A stretch of DNA of 64,000 nucleotides from a bacterium (GCA_963674595.2 CAXXFV010000015.1:96001-160000); one strand, 5' to 3'. Counted from the stretch's first letter, positions 15,443 to 26,690 are shown. A program made the numbers and translations. Notes: generated by a model not told the origin, from the sequence alone.

Positions 15443-15784
15443 ATGATGAATAAAGCTGCTATGGGAGGGTTGCTAAAGCAAGCCCAAAAAATGCAACAAG
15501 AAATGGAAAAAGCACAGCAAAATTTGGTTAATATACAGGTAGAAGGTACAGCCGGTGGTGGAATGGTGAAAGTAACGGCAAATGCTGCTCAGGAAATTCT
15601 TGAAGTAAAAATTGATCCTGAAGTTGTAGATCCTGAGGATGTTGAGATGCTGGAAGACCTGGTCCTGGCTGCAATTAATCAGGCCCTGGAAAATGCAAAA
15701 AGCACGGCAGAACAGGAAATGGGCAAAATTACCGGAGGCATGTTGCCGGGTGGTATGGGCGGATTGAAATTGCCTGGTTTTTAA
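15443..15784 (+). CDS. ybaB: YbaB/EbfC nucleoid-associated protein
   Basis: QAQKMQ, GGGMVKV and [10 protein letters not shown] motifs; dnaX-ybaB-recR synteny. Confidence 0.93.
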   Translation: MMNKAAMGGLLKQAQKMQQEMEKAQQNLVNIQVEGTAGGGMVKVTANAAQEILEVKIDPEVVDPEDVEMLEDLVLAAINQALENAKSTAEQEMGKITGGMLPGGMGGLKLPGF

Positions 15785-15817
15785 AAAGTATATGTATATA
15801 AATTTTTTCGAGTTATT

Positions 15818-16417
15818 ATGATAAAATATTCATCTGATGCAGTGGAAAAAGCAATCCATGAGTTGTCAAAATTGCCTGGAATCGGACGAAAAACAGCTCA
15901 ACGCCATGTATTCCATTTGTTAAGACTGTCTAAAGATGAAGTGGAACATCTGGCCCATGCCATTATTGATTTGAAGGACAAAGTTAAACATTGCTCTATA
16001 TGTTTTAATATTTCAGAAAATAATATATGTAAAATCTGTTCGAGTGAAAAGCGGGACAAGAAAATTATTTGTGTTGTTGAAGAAGCCAATGATATTATAG
16101 CTTTGGAAAAGACAGGGGAGTTTAAAGGATTTTATCATGTTCTGGGTGGTGTCCTTTCGCCATTGGACGGAATCGGTCCCGATGACTTGAGAATCAAGGC
16201 GTTGCTAAGTCGATTGACGCAGGACGTAGAAGAGGTTATTGTCGCCACAAATCCTAATACGGAAGGAGAAGCCACAGCGCTGTATTTATCAAAATTGATT
16301 AAACCAATGGGGATCAAGGTTACACGAATTGCCAGGGGAATTCCGGTTGGCGCTGATTTGGAATATGCGGACGAAGTCACTTTATCTAGAGCTCTTGAGG
16401 GGAGAATAGAATTTTAG
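15818..16417 (+). CDS. recR: Recombination mediator RecR
   Basis: [10 protein letters not shown]4 zinc finger, TOPRIM domain, EGEAT. Confidence 0.96.
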   Translation: MIKYSSDAVEKAIHELSKLPGIGRKTAQRHVFHLLRLSKDEVEHLAHAIIDLKDKVKHCSICFNISENNICKICSSEKRDKKIICVVEEANDIIALEKTGEFKGFYHVLGGVLSPLDGIGPDDLRIKALLSRLTQDVEEVIVATNPNTEGEATALYLSKLIKPMGIKVTRIARGIPVGADLEYADEVTLSRALEGRIEF

Positions 16418-16530
16418 ATCAAATTTTTGAATTGATAATACCACTTGCCTTTATCACTTAATTTTTTTAATATAACTAAATTATTTTGTAGAATATATGT
16501 GTAATTTGTCGGGAATGTTCGGGCTTTATT

Positions 16531-16998
16531 ATGAAAATAGAAAAGCAAGATTTTAGTGCATTAGCTATTGCCAGTACGTTGGGATCAGGTTTTTTCCCTA
16601 TTGCTCCGGGTACTGTCGGCGCTGCTGTTGCCGCGTTTGTTATGTGGTTTGTGCCTTATACTGATTTGGGACTTTTGGTTTACATCGTTTTATTTTTTCT
16701 AGTCGGCGTATATGCTTCTACTGTTGCAGAGAAATATTGGGGACATGATGCCGGAAAAATCAACTGGGATGAAGTTGTGGGCATGATGATTACCGTATGG
16801 TTATTGCCGAAAAATATTATTGTATTTATTGCAGCATTTTTTGTCTGCCGTATTCTGGATATTATTAAACCCTATCCCGCTAATAAATCTCAAGAGTTGC
16901 CGAAAGGATGGGGCGTCATGGTGGATGATGTTATTGCCGGAATTTATGGAAATATCTTGCTGCAAATAGTATTTCGTTTTTTAATAAAAGTTAATTAA
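16531..16998 (+). CDS. pgpA: Phosphatidylglycerophosphatase A
   Basis: APGTVG, DEVVG, DIIKP and GVMVDD motifs. Confidence 0.9.
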   Translation: MKIEKQDFSALAIASTLGSGFFPIAPGTVGAAVAAFVMWFVPYTDLGLLVYIVLFFLVGVYASTVAEKYWGHDAGKINWDEVVGMMITVWLLPKNIIVFIAAFFVCRILDIIKPYPANKSQELPKGWGVMVDDVIAGIYGNILLQIVFRFLIKVN

Positions 16999-17002
16999 CT
17001 TT

Positions 17003-18241
17003 ATGAATATAGAAATTATAAGTATTGGTGATGAACTGCTTATAGGACAAACCATCAATACAAATGCAAGTTGGATGGGGGAAAAGCTCTTTGAAATAGG
17101 TACCACCGTCAACTGGGTAACAACAGTTGGCGATGACCATGATCTTCTCATCAAAACGTTGGAGATTGCGGAACAGCGAGCAGACGTTATTTTGCTGACA
17201 GGCGGTTTGGGACCAACCCATGACGATGTAACGAAAAAGGCTGTTTGCTCTTTTCTGAAATCAGAGTTGGTTGTTGACCAGGTTGTTCTGGAACATGTGA
17301 AAAAAATGTTTCGGGAACGTGGGATAAAAATGGTCAAAGTGAATGAAGAACAGGCTATGGTGCCGGATAAAGCCAAGGTTATTAATAATCCTGTCGGCAC
17401 AGCGCCTGCCATGTTTTTTGAGAAGGATGGTAAAAAATTTTTTGTAATGCCTGGTGTACCTTTTGAAATGAAGGGCATTATGCAGGAATCTGTTTTACCT
17501 GCTGTTAAAGAATTGTTGAATGGAAAAGTAGCAAAAAAGAAGTTTATTGCTACTATTGGTATTGGCGAAAGCACGCTTTTTGAAAAAATCGGCAACATTG
17601 AAGAGGTTGAAAAATATGCCCGTGTTGCATTTTTACCCGGTTTTTCAGGTGTAAAAATCAGGTTGATTGCTGATGGTAAAAATAGTACAGAAGCTGATGA
17701 AAAACTAAAGCAGGCTGATACTCTTATTCAAAGAAACATTAAAGAATTTATTTACGCCGAAAAAGATATACCCCTGGAAGAGGCTATTGTTCATCTATTA
17801 ACTGAAAAAAATAATACCCTGGCTGTAGCCGAGTCCTGTACCGGCGGACTTTTAGCCAGTAAAATTACAAATGTCTCTGGCAGTTCACAGGTTTTTCTTG
17901 AAGGCGTTGTTGTTTATAGTAATCAGGCCAAAGTCAACAGACTTGGTGTTCCGGAAAATTTGATCAATGAACACGGGGCTGTCAGCCCCCAGGTTGCTGA
18001 AAAGCTTGCGGAACAGGTGAGAAAGTTGTCCGGTGCGGATTTTGGTTTGGCAACAACAGGTATTGCCGGGCCGACCGGAGGAACTCCGGAAAAGCCCGTT
18101 GGTCTTGTTTATTTAGGCTATGCCGATAAAAATGGCGCCTTTGCAAAAAAATACATGTCCAAGCTTAATCGGCTTGAAAACAAGGAACGGTTTTCTTATG
18201 CCGCTCTTGATTTGCTTCGGGTTAATTTAAAAAAGGTTTGA
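17003..18241 (+). CDS. cinA: Competence/damage-inducible protein CinA (MoCF-like + PncC domains)
   Basis: IGDELLIG, TGGLGPTHDD, AESCTGG and TGIAGP motifs. Confidence 0.93.
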   Translation: MNIEIISIGDELLIGQTINTNASWMGEKLFEIGTTVNWVTTVGDDHDLLIKTLEIAEQRADVILLTGGLGPTHDDVTKKAVCSFLKSELVVDQVVLEHVKKMFRERGIKMVKVNEEQAMVPDKAKVINNPVGTAPAMFFEKDGKKFFVMPGVPFEMKGIMQESVLPAVKELLNGKVAKKKFIATIGIGESTLFEKIGNIEEVEKYARVAFLPGFSGVKIRLIADGKNSTEADEKLKQADTLIQRNIKEFIYAEKDIPLEEAIVHLLTEKNNTLAVAESCTGGLLASKITNVSGSSQVFLEGVVVYSNQAKVNRLGVPENLINEHGAVSPQVAEKLAEQVRKLSGADFGLATTGIAGPTGGTPEKPVGLVYLGYADKNGAFAKKYMSKLNRLENKERFSYAALDLLRVNLKKV

Positions 18242-18248
18242 TTTTTTT

Positions 18249-18809
18249 ATGGCAATGGTTCGGGCGTTTATTTGTATTGAACTTGCTGAAAAATCCCGGA
18301 AAATTCTTGAGGATTTTCAGACGGAATTAAAGCAGATAAATGCAGATGTAAGGTGGGTCCGCCCTGCCGGCATACATTTAACATTGAAATTTTTAGGCGA
18401 TGTGGATGTTGAACGAATTGACCAAATAGAAGAGGCTATTAAAAAATCTGTTACTGATCTTGTTCCATTTAAACTTGAATTGTCCGGTACCGGCACGTTT
18501 CCAAATTTTAAACATCCCCGAGTGTTTTGGGTTGGTGTAGCCGGTCAGGTTGACGTGCTAAGTGCCCTTGCACAACAAATAGACAATAATTTAAATGCAA
18601 TTGGCTTTGATAAAGAAGAAAGGGAGTTTTCTCCGCATTTAACTTTGGGACGTGTTAAATCAACTTTTGGAATAAAGTCAGTTACAAACGTGGTAAGTAA
18701 TAAAATTTTAGAAAAAAATGAATTTTTAGTCAAAGAAATTGTTTTAATGCAAAGTGAGTTAAAAGCTACCGGCGCTGAATATTCATCGTTGCGAAAAATT
18801 CAATTATAA
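18249..18809 (+). CDS. thpR: RNA 2',3'-cyclic phosphodiesterase (2H family)
   Basis: Two HxT motifs (HLTLKFLG, PHLTLGR). Confidence 0.9.
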   Translation: MAMVRAFICIELAEKSRKILEDFQTELKQINADVRWVRPAGIHLTLKFLGDVDVERIDQIEEAIKKSVTDLVPFKLELSGTGTFPNFKHPRVFWVGVAGQVDVLSALAQQIDNNLNAIGFDKEEREFSPHLTLGRVKSTFGIKSVTNVVSNKILEKNEFLVKEIVLMQSELKATGAEYSSLRKIQL

Positions 18810-18824
18810 ATTTAGGTGATTTTT

Positions 18825-19871
18825 ATGAGTGAAGTAAATGAACGTAAAAAAGTACTAGACCTGGCCATGACCCAGATTGACCGACAATTTGGTAAGGGAT
18901 CAATCATGTGGTTGGGTGAAAATAAAAAAATAGATATGGACTTTATTCCCACAGGCTCAATTTCCCTGGATGTTGCCCTGGGTATTGGTGGTGTTCCGCG
19001 CGGACGAATTATTGAAATTTTCGGCCCGGAATCATCAGGAAAAACAACACTTGCCCTGCATATTGTTGCTGAAGCCCAAAAAAGAAGCGGACTGGCCGGT
19101 TTTATCGATGCCGAACACGCTATGGATGCCAAATATGCAAAATTATTGGGAGTGGATACCGATAACCTGTTGATCTCTCAGCCGGATACCGGTGAACAAG
19201 CTCTTGAAATCGCCGAAACACTTGTTCGGAGTGGTGCGCTGGATTGTATTGTCATCGATTCCGTTGCCGCTTTGGTCCCTCGTGCAGAAATTGAAGGTGA
19301 CATGGGCGACGCCCAGATGGGATTACAGGCTCGTTTAATGTCTCAGGCTATGAGAAAACTTACGGCTGCTATCAGCAAATCAAAAACAACGGTGATCTTT
19401 ATTAACCAGATTCGAGAAAAGATCGGCGTTATGTTTGGCAGTCCGGAAACAACAACCGGTGGACGCGCCTTAAAGTTTTATTCATCTGTTCGGCTAGACA
19501 TTCGGCGCATTGCCGCCATCAAGGATGGTGAAAATGTTATAGGTAACAGGACCCGGGTCAAAGTTGTTAAAAATAAAGTTGCCCCGCCTTTCCGTGAAGC
19601 TGAATTTGATATTATCTATGGAAAGGGAATTTCAAAAATCGGTGATCTATTGGATATTGCTGTAAAGCAAAATATCGTTGATAAAGCCGGTACCTGGTTT
19701 TCCTATGGCGACGAACGACTGGGACAGGGACGTGAAAACGTACGAAAATACCTTGAAGAAAATAGTGATCTGTTGAAAGAGATTGAGAATAAAGTTCGGG
19801 CTACTCTTAGCATGGGTGATGAAACAAAAGAAAAAGACCAGGAAAAAACGAACGAGAGTACAAAAAAGTAA
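18825..19871 (+). CDS. recA: Recombinase RecA
   Basis: [20 protein letters not shown] and GGRALKFY motifs; SD AGGTGA before ATG 18825. Confidence 0.98.
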   Translation: MSEVNERKKVLDLAMTQIDRQFGKGSIMWLGENKKIDMDFIPTGSISLDVALGIGGVPRGRIIEIFGPESSGKTTLALHIVAEAQKRSGLAGFIDAEHAMDAKYAKLLGVDTDNLLISQPDTGEQALEIAETLVRSGALDCIVIDSVAALVPRAEIEGDMGDAQMGLQARLMSQAMRKLTAAISKSKTTVIFINQIREKIGVMFGSPETTTGGRALKFYSSVRLDIRRIAAIKDGENVIGNRTRVKVVKNKVAPPFREAEFDIIYGKGISKIGDLLDIAVKQNIVDKAGTWFSYGDERLGQGRENVRKYLEENSDLLKEIENKVRATLSMGDETKEKDQEKTNESTKK

Positions 19872-19877
19872 GTATAA

Positions 19878-20531
19878 ATGTGTGAAGCAAAAAAGATCAC
19901 GTCCATTGAGCGACAGGCAAAAAGATCGGACCGCTATTCTGTCTTTTTAGATGGCGAATTTGCATTTGGTATTCATGAAGATGTATTAATAAAATCCGGT
20001 ATTGCCAAAGGTGATCTTTTAAATGAAACACAAATTGAACAGATTATTGAAAAGGAAACACGGCGTAAAGCAAAAGAAAAATCATTTCGCCTGTTATCCG
20101 TTCGTGCAAGAAGCCGTAAAGAACTTGTTGATCGTTTAAAAATGGCAAAATTTTCGCAGCCGGTCATTGATTCCGTCCTTGAAGACCTTGAAAAATTAAA
20201 TTTGATCAATGATTCGGATTTTGCCAAAATTTATGCCCGTTCAAGAATGGTCACCCGGCCTGCCGGAGAGTTTTTATTACGACAGGAATTGAAACAAAAA
20301 GGTGTTTCCGAAAAGGATGTTGAAAGCGGCGTTGAAGAAGCTTACCGTGAAAAAAGTGAACAAACGCTTGCCCGGGAACTGGCGGTAAAACGAAAAAAAA
20401 GATTGGCAAGTGTTGAGGAAACAAAAGCAAAAAAAAGAATGAGTGATTTTTTGTTAAGGCGTGGTTTTAGCTGGGACATTGTTAAAGATATTATTGAGAA
20501 TTGGGATAATTTGAGTATTGAAACAGAGTGA
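19878..20531 (+). CDS. recX: Regulatory protein RecX
   Basis: LLSVRARSRKEL, LINDSDFA and FLLRRGFS motifs; follows recA. Confidence 0.9.
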   Translation: MCEAKKITSIERQAKRSDRYSVFLDGEFAFGIHEDVLIKSGIAKGDLLNETQIEQIIEKETRRKAKEKSFRLLSVRARSRKELVDRLKMAKFSQPVIDSVLEDLEKLNLINDSDFAKIYARSRMVTRPAGEFLLRQELKQKGVSEKDVESGVEEAYREKSEQTLARELAVKRKKRLASVEETKAKKRMSDFLLRRGFSWDIVKDIIENWDNLSIETE

Positions 20532-21708
20532 TTTTAAAAAATTCAAAATTGGCACACGAATTATTCGTGCCACATCCCATGTCGATTTTAATGTAAAATC
20601 TCATGTTCCGCCTATTTTTCAGACGGTTAACTATGAGTATGAAAATGCCGAAGACGGCTTTGCCGTATTTAACGGTGCAAAACAGGGGTATGTCTATACC
20701 CGTGATGGAAATCCGAATACCGACCACCTTGCCGAACTTGTTGCATTACTTGAAGAGGGTGAAATGGCGGCCACCACGGCATCCGGTATGGCGGCAATCA
20801 GCAGTGCTATCCTGTCTCTGGTGAAACCGGGAGATCATATTGTCTCCTCAAAATTTATCTATGGTGGAACCCGGGCATGGCTGGAAGGTCCGCTGAATGA
20901 CCAAAACATTTCATCCAGTTTTGTCAACATTTTGGACGAGCAAGAGATTATATCTGCCATAACACCTGCAACAAAAATTCTATATGCGGAAGTTTTGGCA
21001 AATCCAAATTTAATTGTTGCTGATTTGGACTTGTTATCGAAAATTGCTAAAAAGAACAATCTTGTTTTAATAATTGATAATACCTTTACACCTCCGCCGA
21101 TTATTCAACCGTTAAAATATGGCGCTGACCTGGTCATTCACAGTGCCACAAAATATTTAGGCGGTCATGGCGATATTATAGGTGGTGTCATTGTCGGTTC
21201 AGCCGGCCGTATTCAAAATATTAACAAAATTATCAAACTTTATGGCGGTGTTTCAAGTCCTTTTAATGCATGGCTCGCGATGCGCGGCCTCAAAACCTTG
21301 GCTGTTCGCCTGGATAACCATTGCCGAAATGCTTTAAAAGTTGCCGAATTTCTTGATAAACACTCCAAAGTAAATCAAGTCTATTATCCCGGATTAGCTT
21401 CTCATCCGCAGCACAAACTTGCCGCCAGCCAGCTAAACGGGTTCGGCGGAATGCTGGCCTTTGAAATAAAGGGCGATTTTAGTGCTGTTAAAAGGATAAT
21501 GGATGCTGTAAAGGTGTTTAATTTTACAGTAAGTCTAGGTGAAATTGATTCGTTAATTATGCATCCGGCTTCAACGTCTCATGTTTCACTTTCTGATAAA
21601 GATAAAAAAGCCCTGGGTATTACGGATAGTTTGATTCGTTTATCCATTGGGATCGAAGACAGTGATGATTTGATTTATGATTTAGAACAAGCGCTGGAAT
21701 TAATATAA
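20518..21708 (+). CDS. Cys/Met metabolism PLP-dependent enzyme (methionine gamma-lyase/cystathionine lyase family)
   Basis: YTRDGNP, ASGMAAI, SATKYLGGHGD and RLSIGIE motifs. Confidence 0.88.
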   Translation: MKQSDFKKFKIGTRIIRATSHVDFNVKSHVPPIFQTVNYEYENAEDGFAVFNGAKQGYVYTRDGNPNTDHLAELVALLEEGEMAATTASGMAAISSAILSLVKPGDHIVSSKFIYGGTRAWLEGPLNDQNISSSFVNILDEQEIISAITPATKILYAEVLANPNLIVADLDLLSKIAKKNNLVLIIDNTFTPPPIIQPLKYGADLVIHSATKYLGGHGDIIGGVIVGSAGRIQNINKIIKLYGGVSSPFNAWLAMRGLKTLAVRLDNHCRNALKVAEFLDKHSKVNQVYYPGLASHPQHKLAASQLNGFGGMLAFEIKGDFSAVKRIMDAVKVFNFTVSLGEIDSLIMHPASTSHVSLSDKDKKALGITDSLIRLSIGIEDSDDLIYDLEQALELI

Positions 21709-21736
21709 CATAGTGCAGAATAACAGGAAATAGTAT

Positions 21737-24358
21737 ATGACATCAAACGAACTAAGACAATCATTTCTCGATTTTTTTAAATCCAAGGAACATCATATCG
21801 TATCAAGTGCGCCGGTCGTACCACAGGATGATCCGACCCTGTTGTTTACCAATGCAGGGATGAACCAGTTTAAAGATATTTTCCTTGGGACCCGAAAACG
21901 TCAGTATAACCGAATTGCCGATTCACAAAAATGTATTCGTGTATCCGGAAAGCATAATGATCTTGAAGAGGTGGGTCGCGATACCTATCATCATACTTTT
22001 TTTGAAATGTTGGGGAATTGGTCCTTTGGTGATTATTTTAAAGCCGAAGCCATTGAATGGGCCTGGGAATTGTTGACAAAGGTTTGGGGTTTGCCCAAGG
22101 ATAAACTATATGCCACGGTCTTTGCCGGTGATGACAAAGACGGCGTTGAACCGGATATTGAAGCAGAAGACGAATGGAAAAATCAAACCGATATTGACCA
22201 TTCTCATATTTTACGATTTGGTAAAAAAGATAATTTTTGGGAAATGGGTGAAACCGGCCCCTGCGGCCCCTGTTCCGAAATTCATATAGATCGCGGTCCC
22301 GAATATTGCGACAGCAAAGACCCGAACCACGTTTGTGAAGTGAATAGCGGATGCGCCCGTTATATAGAATTGTGGAACCTGGTTTTTATCCAGTATAATC
22401 GTGATGAAACCGGAGAATTGCATTTGCTGCCATCCAAGCATGTGGATACCGGCGCCGGATTTGAACGTCTGGCTGCTGTCATGCAGAAAAAGAATTCAAA
22501 TTACGATACGGACCTTTTTACTCCTATTATAAAAGCAATCGGCGAAATTGTGGAAAAAGCGGATGCCGATGGAGAAATCGGAGTCGCTTATCGGGTTATT
22601 TGTGATCATATCCGGGCATTGACGTTTGCCATCGCTGACGGCGCAATTCCCGGTAACGACGGCCGCGGTTATGTTTTACGACGTATCCTGAGACGGGCCG
22701 CCCGATTTGGCCGGGTATTGGGAATGCATGAACCCTTTATTTATAAACTTGTTGCCACCCTGGCCAAAGAAATGGGTCACGCCTATCCTGAAATTAAAGA
22801 ACGACAGTCATATATTGAAAAAGTTATAAAAGCCGAAGAAGAAAGTTTCGGCCGTACACTTGATCGCGGAATTGAAATTTTTGAACAAAAGGTAAAACAG
22901 GTCCAAAAAGCAGGTGAAACTGTTTTCCCCGGAAAAGACGCATTTGTGCTGCATGACACCTATGGTTTTCCGCTTGACTTGACACAGCTTATGGCTGAAG
23001 AAAAGAACTTGACGGTTGATGAAAAAGCCTTTGATAAAGAGATGGCCCTTCAGCGTGAAAGATCATCCAAGGATAGAAATGCTGTTTATGAAACCATTCA
23101 TGTTTCGGATGATCAGGGCGCCTCGGAATTTGTGGGTTATGATCAGGATGCCTTTAAGACAAGTGTTGTTCATTATGAAGACGGTAAAATTATTATAAAA
23201 AACACACCGTTTTATGCCGAATCCGGTGGACAGGTTGGAGACAGTGGCATAATTAAAAATGATCATTTTACATTTTCCGTTGAAGAAACGCGAAATGTTG
23301 GTGAACATATTGTTCACATCGGTACATTGACAAGCGGTACCGCACCTAAAGCCGGAGATATGGTATCGGCCCAGGTAGATATTGAAAAAAGACGTGCTAC
23401 GGAAAGAAACCATACGGTAACACATCTTTTACATAAAGCATTACGAACAATTCTCGGCGACCACGTTCATCAGGCCGGTTCACTTGTTCATCCGGACCAA
23501 ATGCGGTTTGACTTTACACATTTTGAAAAAGTAAGTGATGCTGATCTGGAAAAAATTGAAAATATTGTAAATGATAAAATTCTGGAAAATCGTTTCACAA
23601 CCTGGCAGGTTTTACCCATTGATGAGGCAAAATCAAGAGGCGCTATGGCCCTTTTTGGTGAAAAATACGGTGAAAATGTTCGTATGGTTGAAATTGACGA
23701 GTATTCACGGGAACTGTGCGGCGGAACGCATGTGCGTTCAACCGGAGAGATTGGAGAGTTTATTATAACCTCGGAATCTGCGGTTGCAGCCGGAATTCGA
23801 CGAATTGAATCGCTAACCGGTAAAAAGGCTGTTGCTTTTCGCAGAGCAAAACAACTTCAGGTCCATCAGATAGCCGAACGTCTCAATTGTCCTGCTGAAG
23901 AAATTGAACAACGTTTGGAACATATTTTACAGGAACAAAAAGAGCTTGAACATGAACTCAAATCTTTACGACAAAAGAGTTCTAAAAATCAAATTGATGA
24001 TTTGTTGAGTAAAGCTATAATGGTTAAGGATGTTAAAGTCATTGCGGCAAAAATCAACGTAACCAATCCGGATGAATTAAGGAATGCCGGTGATTTGCTT
24101 AGAAACGGCATGGGATCTGGTGTTGGTGTTTTGGCTGCTGTAATAAATGATAAAGTAAATTTTGCTTGTATTGTTACAAAAGATTTGATTGACTCTAAAA
24201 AACTAAAAGCAGGTGATATAGTTAAAGATGTAGCTGCAATTGCCGGTGGCGGCGGCGGCGGAAGTCCGCATATGGCGCTTGCAGGCGCCAAAGACGTCTC
24301 TAAAGTTGATACGGCGTTGGCTAAGGTAACCGAGATTATAGAAAGCAAATTAGCATAG
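21737..24358 (+). CDS. alaS: Alanine--tRNA ligase
   Basis: LFTNAGMNQFK, HTFFEMLGNWSFGDYFK, HTVTHLLH and ELCGGTHV motifs. Confidence 0.98.
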   Translation: MTSNELRQSFLDFFKSKEHHIVSSAPVVPQDDPTLLFTNAGMNQFKDIFLGTRKRQYNRIADSQKCIRVSGKHNDLEEVGRDTYHHTFFEMLGNWSFGDYFKAEAIEWAWELLTKVWGLPKDKLYATVFAGDDKDGVEPDIEAEDEWKNQTDIDHSHILRFGKKDNFWEMGETGPCGPCSEIHIDRGPEYCDSKDPNHVCEVNSGCARYIELWNLVFIQYNRDETGELHLLPSKHVDTGAGFERLAAVMQKKNSNYDTDLFTPIIKAIGEIVEKADADGEIGVAYRVICDHIRALTFAIADGAIPGNDGRGYVLRRILRRAARFGRVLGMHEPFIYKLVATLAKEMGHAYPEIKERQSYIEKVIKAEEESFGRTLDRGIEIFEQKVKQVQKAGETVFPGKDAFVLHDTYGFPLDLTQLMAEEKNLTVDEKAFDKEMALQRERSSKDRNAVYETIHVSDDQGASEFVGYDQDAFKTSVVHYEDGKIIIKNTPFYAESGGQVGDSGIIKNDHFTFSVEETRNVGEHIVHIGTLTSGTAPKAGDMVSAQVDIEKRRATERNHTVTHLLHKALRTILGDHVHQAGSLVHPDQMRFDFTHFEKVSDADLEKIENIVNDKILENRFTTWQVLPIDEAKSRGAMALFGEKYGENVRMVEIDEYSRELCGGTHVRSTGEIGEFIITSESAVAAGIRRIESLTGKKAVAFRRAKQLQVHQIAERLNCPAEEIEQRLEHILQEQKELEHELKSLRQKSSKNQIDDLLSKAIMVKDVKVIAAKINVTNPDELRNAGDLLRNGMGSGVGVLAAVINDKVNFACIVTKDLIDSKKLKAGDIVKDVAAIAGGGGGGSPHMALAGAKDVSKVDTALAKVTEIIESKLA

Positions 24359-24400
24359 CTGCATCATTATAATTTAACTGCGAAAGGATTTGGCAGCCAA

Positions 24401-25150
24401 GTGAAAGTTATTGATAAACTTTACAAGATTCAAAAACAGCGTGGAGCAGGTTATTTTGTACTTATTGATCCGGATAAACAGGAAATAAAAGAGGCTGTCC
24501 GGTTAGCGGAAATATGTGCAAAAGCCGAAATCGATGCGTTTTTAGTTGGTGGAAGTTTGTTGTTTTCTCATATTTTTGATGAACTGGTGAAAAGTATTAA
24601 AGAGGTATGTGATATACCTGTTATCATTTTTCCCGGAAGTACAAAACAGCTCTCTCCCTATGCAGATGCCATTTTGTTTTTATCGTTGATAAGCGGAAGA
24701 AATCCGAACACACTTATTGGCGAACAGGTGGCTGCAGCCCCGATCATAAAGTCCATGGGACTTGAACCTATATCGACAGCTTATATGTTTATTGAATCCG
24801 GTAATATCACTTCTGCTCAGTTTATCAGTGATACACGTCCCATTCCACGGGAAAAGCCGGATATTGCCATGGCACATGCCTTGGCGGCTGAATACTTTGG
24901 AATGAAGCTGGCTTATTTGGAAGCCGGCAGCGGCGCCAAATACTCTGTGCCCGATTCCCTGATTCAAGCTCTAAAAAAATATGTCAATATTCCGATGATC
25001 GTTGGTGGCGGAATTTGTACACCCGAAGAAGCCAGAAAAAAAGTAGAAGCTGGCGCCGGTTTTTTAGTTACCGGAAACGTACTTGAAAAAAATCCCGACG
25101 CAGGCCTGGTTAAGGCATTTTCTCAGGCCGTTCATATATTGGAAAAATAG
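24401..25150 (+). CDS. Geranylgeranylglyceryl phosphate synthase (GGGPS/PcrB family, group II-like)
   Basis: LIDPDK, FLSLISGRNP, YLEAGSGA and VGGGI motifs. Confidence 0.88.
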   Translation: MKVIDKLYKIQKQRGAGYFVLIDPDKQEIKEAVRLAEICAKAEIDAFLVGGSLLFSHIFDELVKSIKEVCDIPVIIFPGSTKQLSPYADAILFLSLISGRNPNTLIGEQVAAAPIIKSMGLEPISTAYMFIESGNITSAQFISDTRPIPREKPDIAMAHALAAEYFGMKLAYLEAGSGAKYSVPDSLIQALKKYVNIPMIVGGGICTPEEARKKVEAGAGFLVTGNVLEKNPDAGLVKAFSQAVHILEK

Positions 25151-25186
25151 ATATTAACTGAAAAGAATAATATTCAAGTGGTATAA

Positions 25187-25981
25187 ATGGATTTTATTGA
25201 TATACATTCACATGTAATTGCATATTGGGATGATGGGGCGGAATCGTGGGATGATTCTTTGGAAATGTTAAAAATGGCAGAACAGGATGGAATTTCTCAA
25301 ATTATCTGTACGCCGCACATCCTGGCGACAAATGACCTTGAACGGGAAGATGAAATTATCAACCTGTGGAATGAATTGAAAAACAAGGCCGAGCAAGCCA
25401 ATATAGGTATTAAAATTCATCTGGGTTGCGAATTATATGTTCAACCTGATATCAACTTTGAAAGAAAAATCAGCACACTAGCTGGAAATGGGACCTATTT
25501 TCTTGTGGAATTTCCTATGGGAATGATTCCCGATTTTGTTGCAAACAAGTTTTTCGATTTACTTTTGGATAATAAAGTTCCAATTATTGCACACCCGGAA
25601 AGAAACGGCGGTATTCTCAATCAACCACAACGTGCTGTAGAATTTGTTGAAAGGGGTGCGTTGATGCAAATGAATGCCGGAAGTATTTTGGGAGATTTTG
25701 GCACACGTATTAAAGCATTGGCAACACAACTTTTGGATGCTAATTTAATACATATTATTGCAACCGACGCTCACGATACAACCTATAGGCCCCTGATTTT
25801 GTCAAAAGCCTTCAAGTTTGTAAAAGAAAACTGGGGAAAAGAAAGGGCAGAGACCTTATTCATCAATAATCCACACAAAATTTTAACGGCAAAAAAAATT
25901 ACGACCGGGCCTATTCAGCCGATTCAAAATAATGGTAAAAATATATTCTGGAGAAAATTTACATCTTTTTTTCAGAAATAG
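25187..25981 (+). CDS. CpsB/CapC family PHP tyrosine-protein phosphatase
   Basis: DIHSH..DDGA, TPH, HPERN and ATDAH motifs. Confidence 0.88.
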   Translation: MDFIDIHSHVIAYWDDGAESWDDSLEMLKMAEQDGISQIICTPHILATNDLEREDEIINLWNELKNKAEQANIGIKIHLGCELYVQPDINFERKISTLAGNGTYFLVEFPMGMIPDFVANKFFDLLLDNKVPIIAHPERNGGILNQPQRAVEFVERGALMQMNAGSILGDFGTRIKALATQLLDANLIHIIATDAHDTTYRPLILSKAFKFVKENWGKERAETLFINNPHKILTAKKITTGPIQPIQNNGKNIFWRKFTSFFQK

Positions 25982-26031
25982 ATTGAATAGATCAAAATCC
26001 AACATATTGTATTTTATCGGAGGAAGTTGAT

Positions 26032-26616
26032 TTGGACTCTTTGAGAAAAGAAATAGAACAACAATTAATTGATAGTGCAAAAATTAAAGATATTATCAGA
26101 GAAAAATATACGGATAAAATTCTGGAAACAGCCCAGCTTATGATAAATGCATTAAAAGCGGGCGGCAAGTTGTTACTGTGCGGGAACGGCGGAAGCGCAG
26201 CCGACTCTCAGCATTTTGCGGCAGAGATGGTTGGGCGTTTAAAAAAGAACCGTGGCGCCATTGCCGCCATTGCCATGACAACCGATACATCCATCATTAC
26301 GGCTATCGGTAATGATTATTCTTATGATGAAATATTCAGTCGTCAGGTTGAGGCTTTGGGTGCACCTCAGGATGTTTTTGTTGGGATGAGTACCAGCGGA
26401 AATTCTGAAAATGTCAGTTTGGCAATTAAAGCGGCCAAGGCGAAGGGTATTCCGACAGTTGCCTTACTCGGTAAAACAGGTGGAAAGCTGGCAAACGAAG
26501 CAGACCACGTCATTGTTGTTCCTTCCATGATATCCCAACGAATTCAGGAAGGGCATATTACCATCATTCATATATGGTGTGATCTGATTGAAGAAGCACT
26601 TTTTCCAAATGACTGA
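26032..26616 (+). CDS. gmhA: Phosphoheptose isomerase
   Basis: CGNGGSAADSQH, STSGNS and RIQEGH motifs. Confidence 0.95.
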   Translation: MDSLRKEIEQQLIDSAKIKDIIREKYTDKILETAQLMINALKAGGKLLLCGNGGSAADSQHFAAEMVGRLKKNRGAIAAIAMTTDTSIITAIGNDYSYDEIFSRQVEALGAPQDVFVGMSTSGNSENVSLAIKAAKAKGIPTVALLGKTGGKLANEADHVIVVPSMISQRIQEGHITIIHIWCDLIEEALFPND

Positions 26617-26690
26617 AACATTTTTAAATAAAATTGTGTTCAATTGATGATTAGTCCTGATTATTCCTACTAAAATAAATTGTTAAAACG

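Noticed and set aside
16418-16530. LexA box upstream of pgpA-cinA-thpR-recA
   Set aside because: No CTGT-N8-ACAG or GAAC-N4-GTTC match seen.
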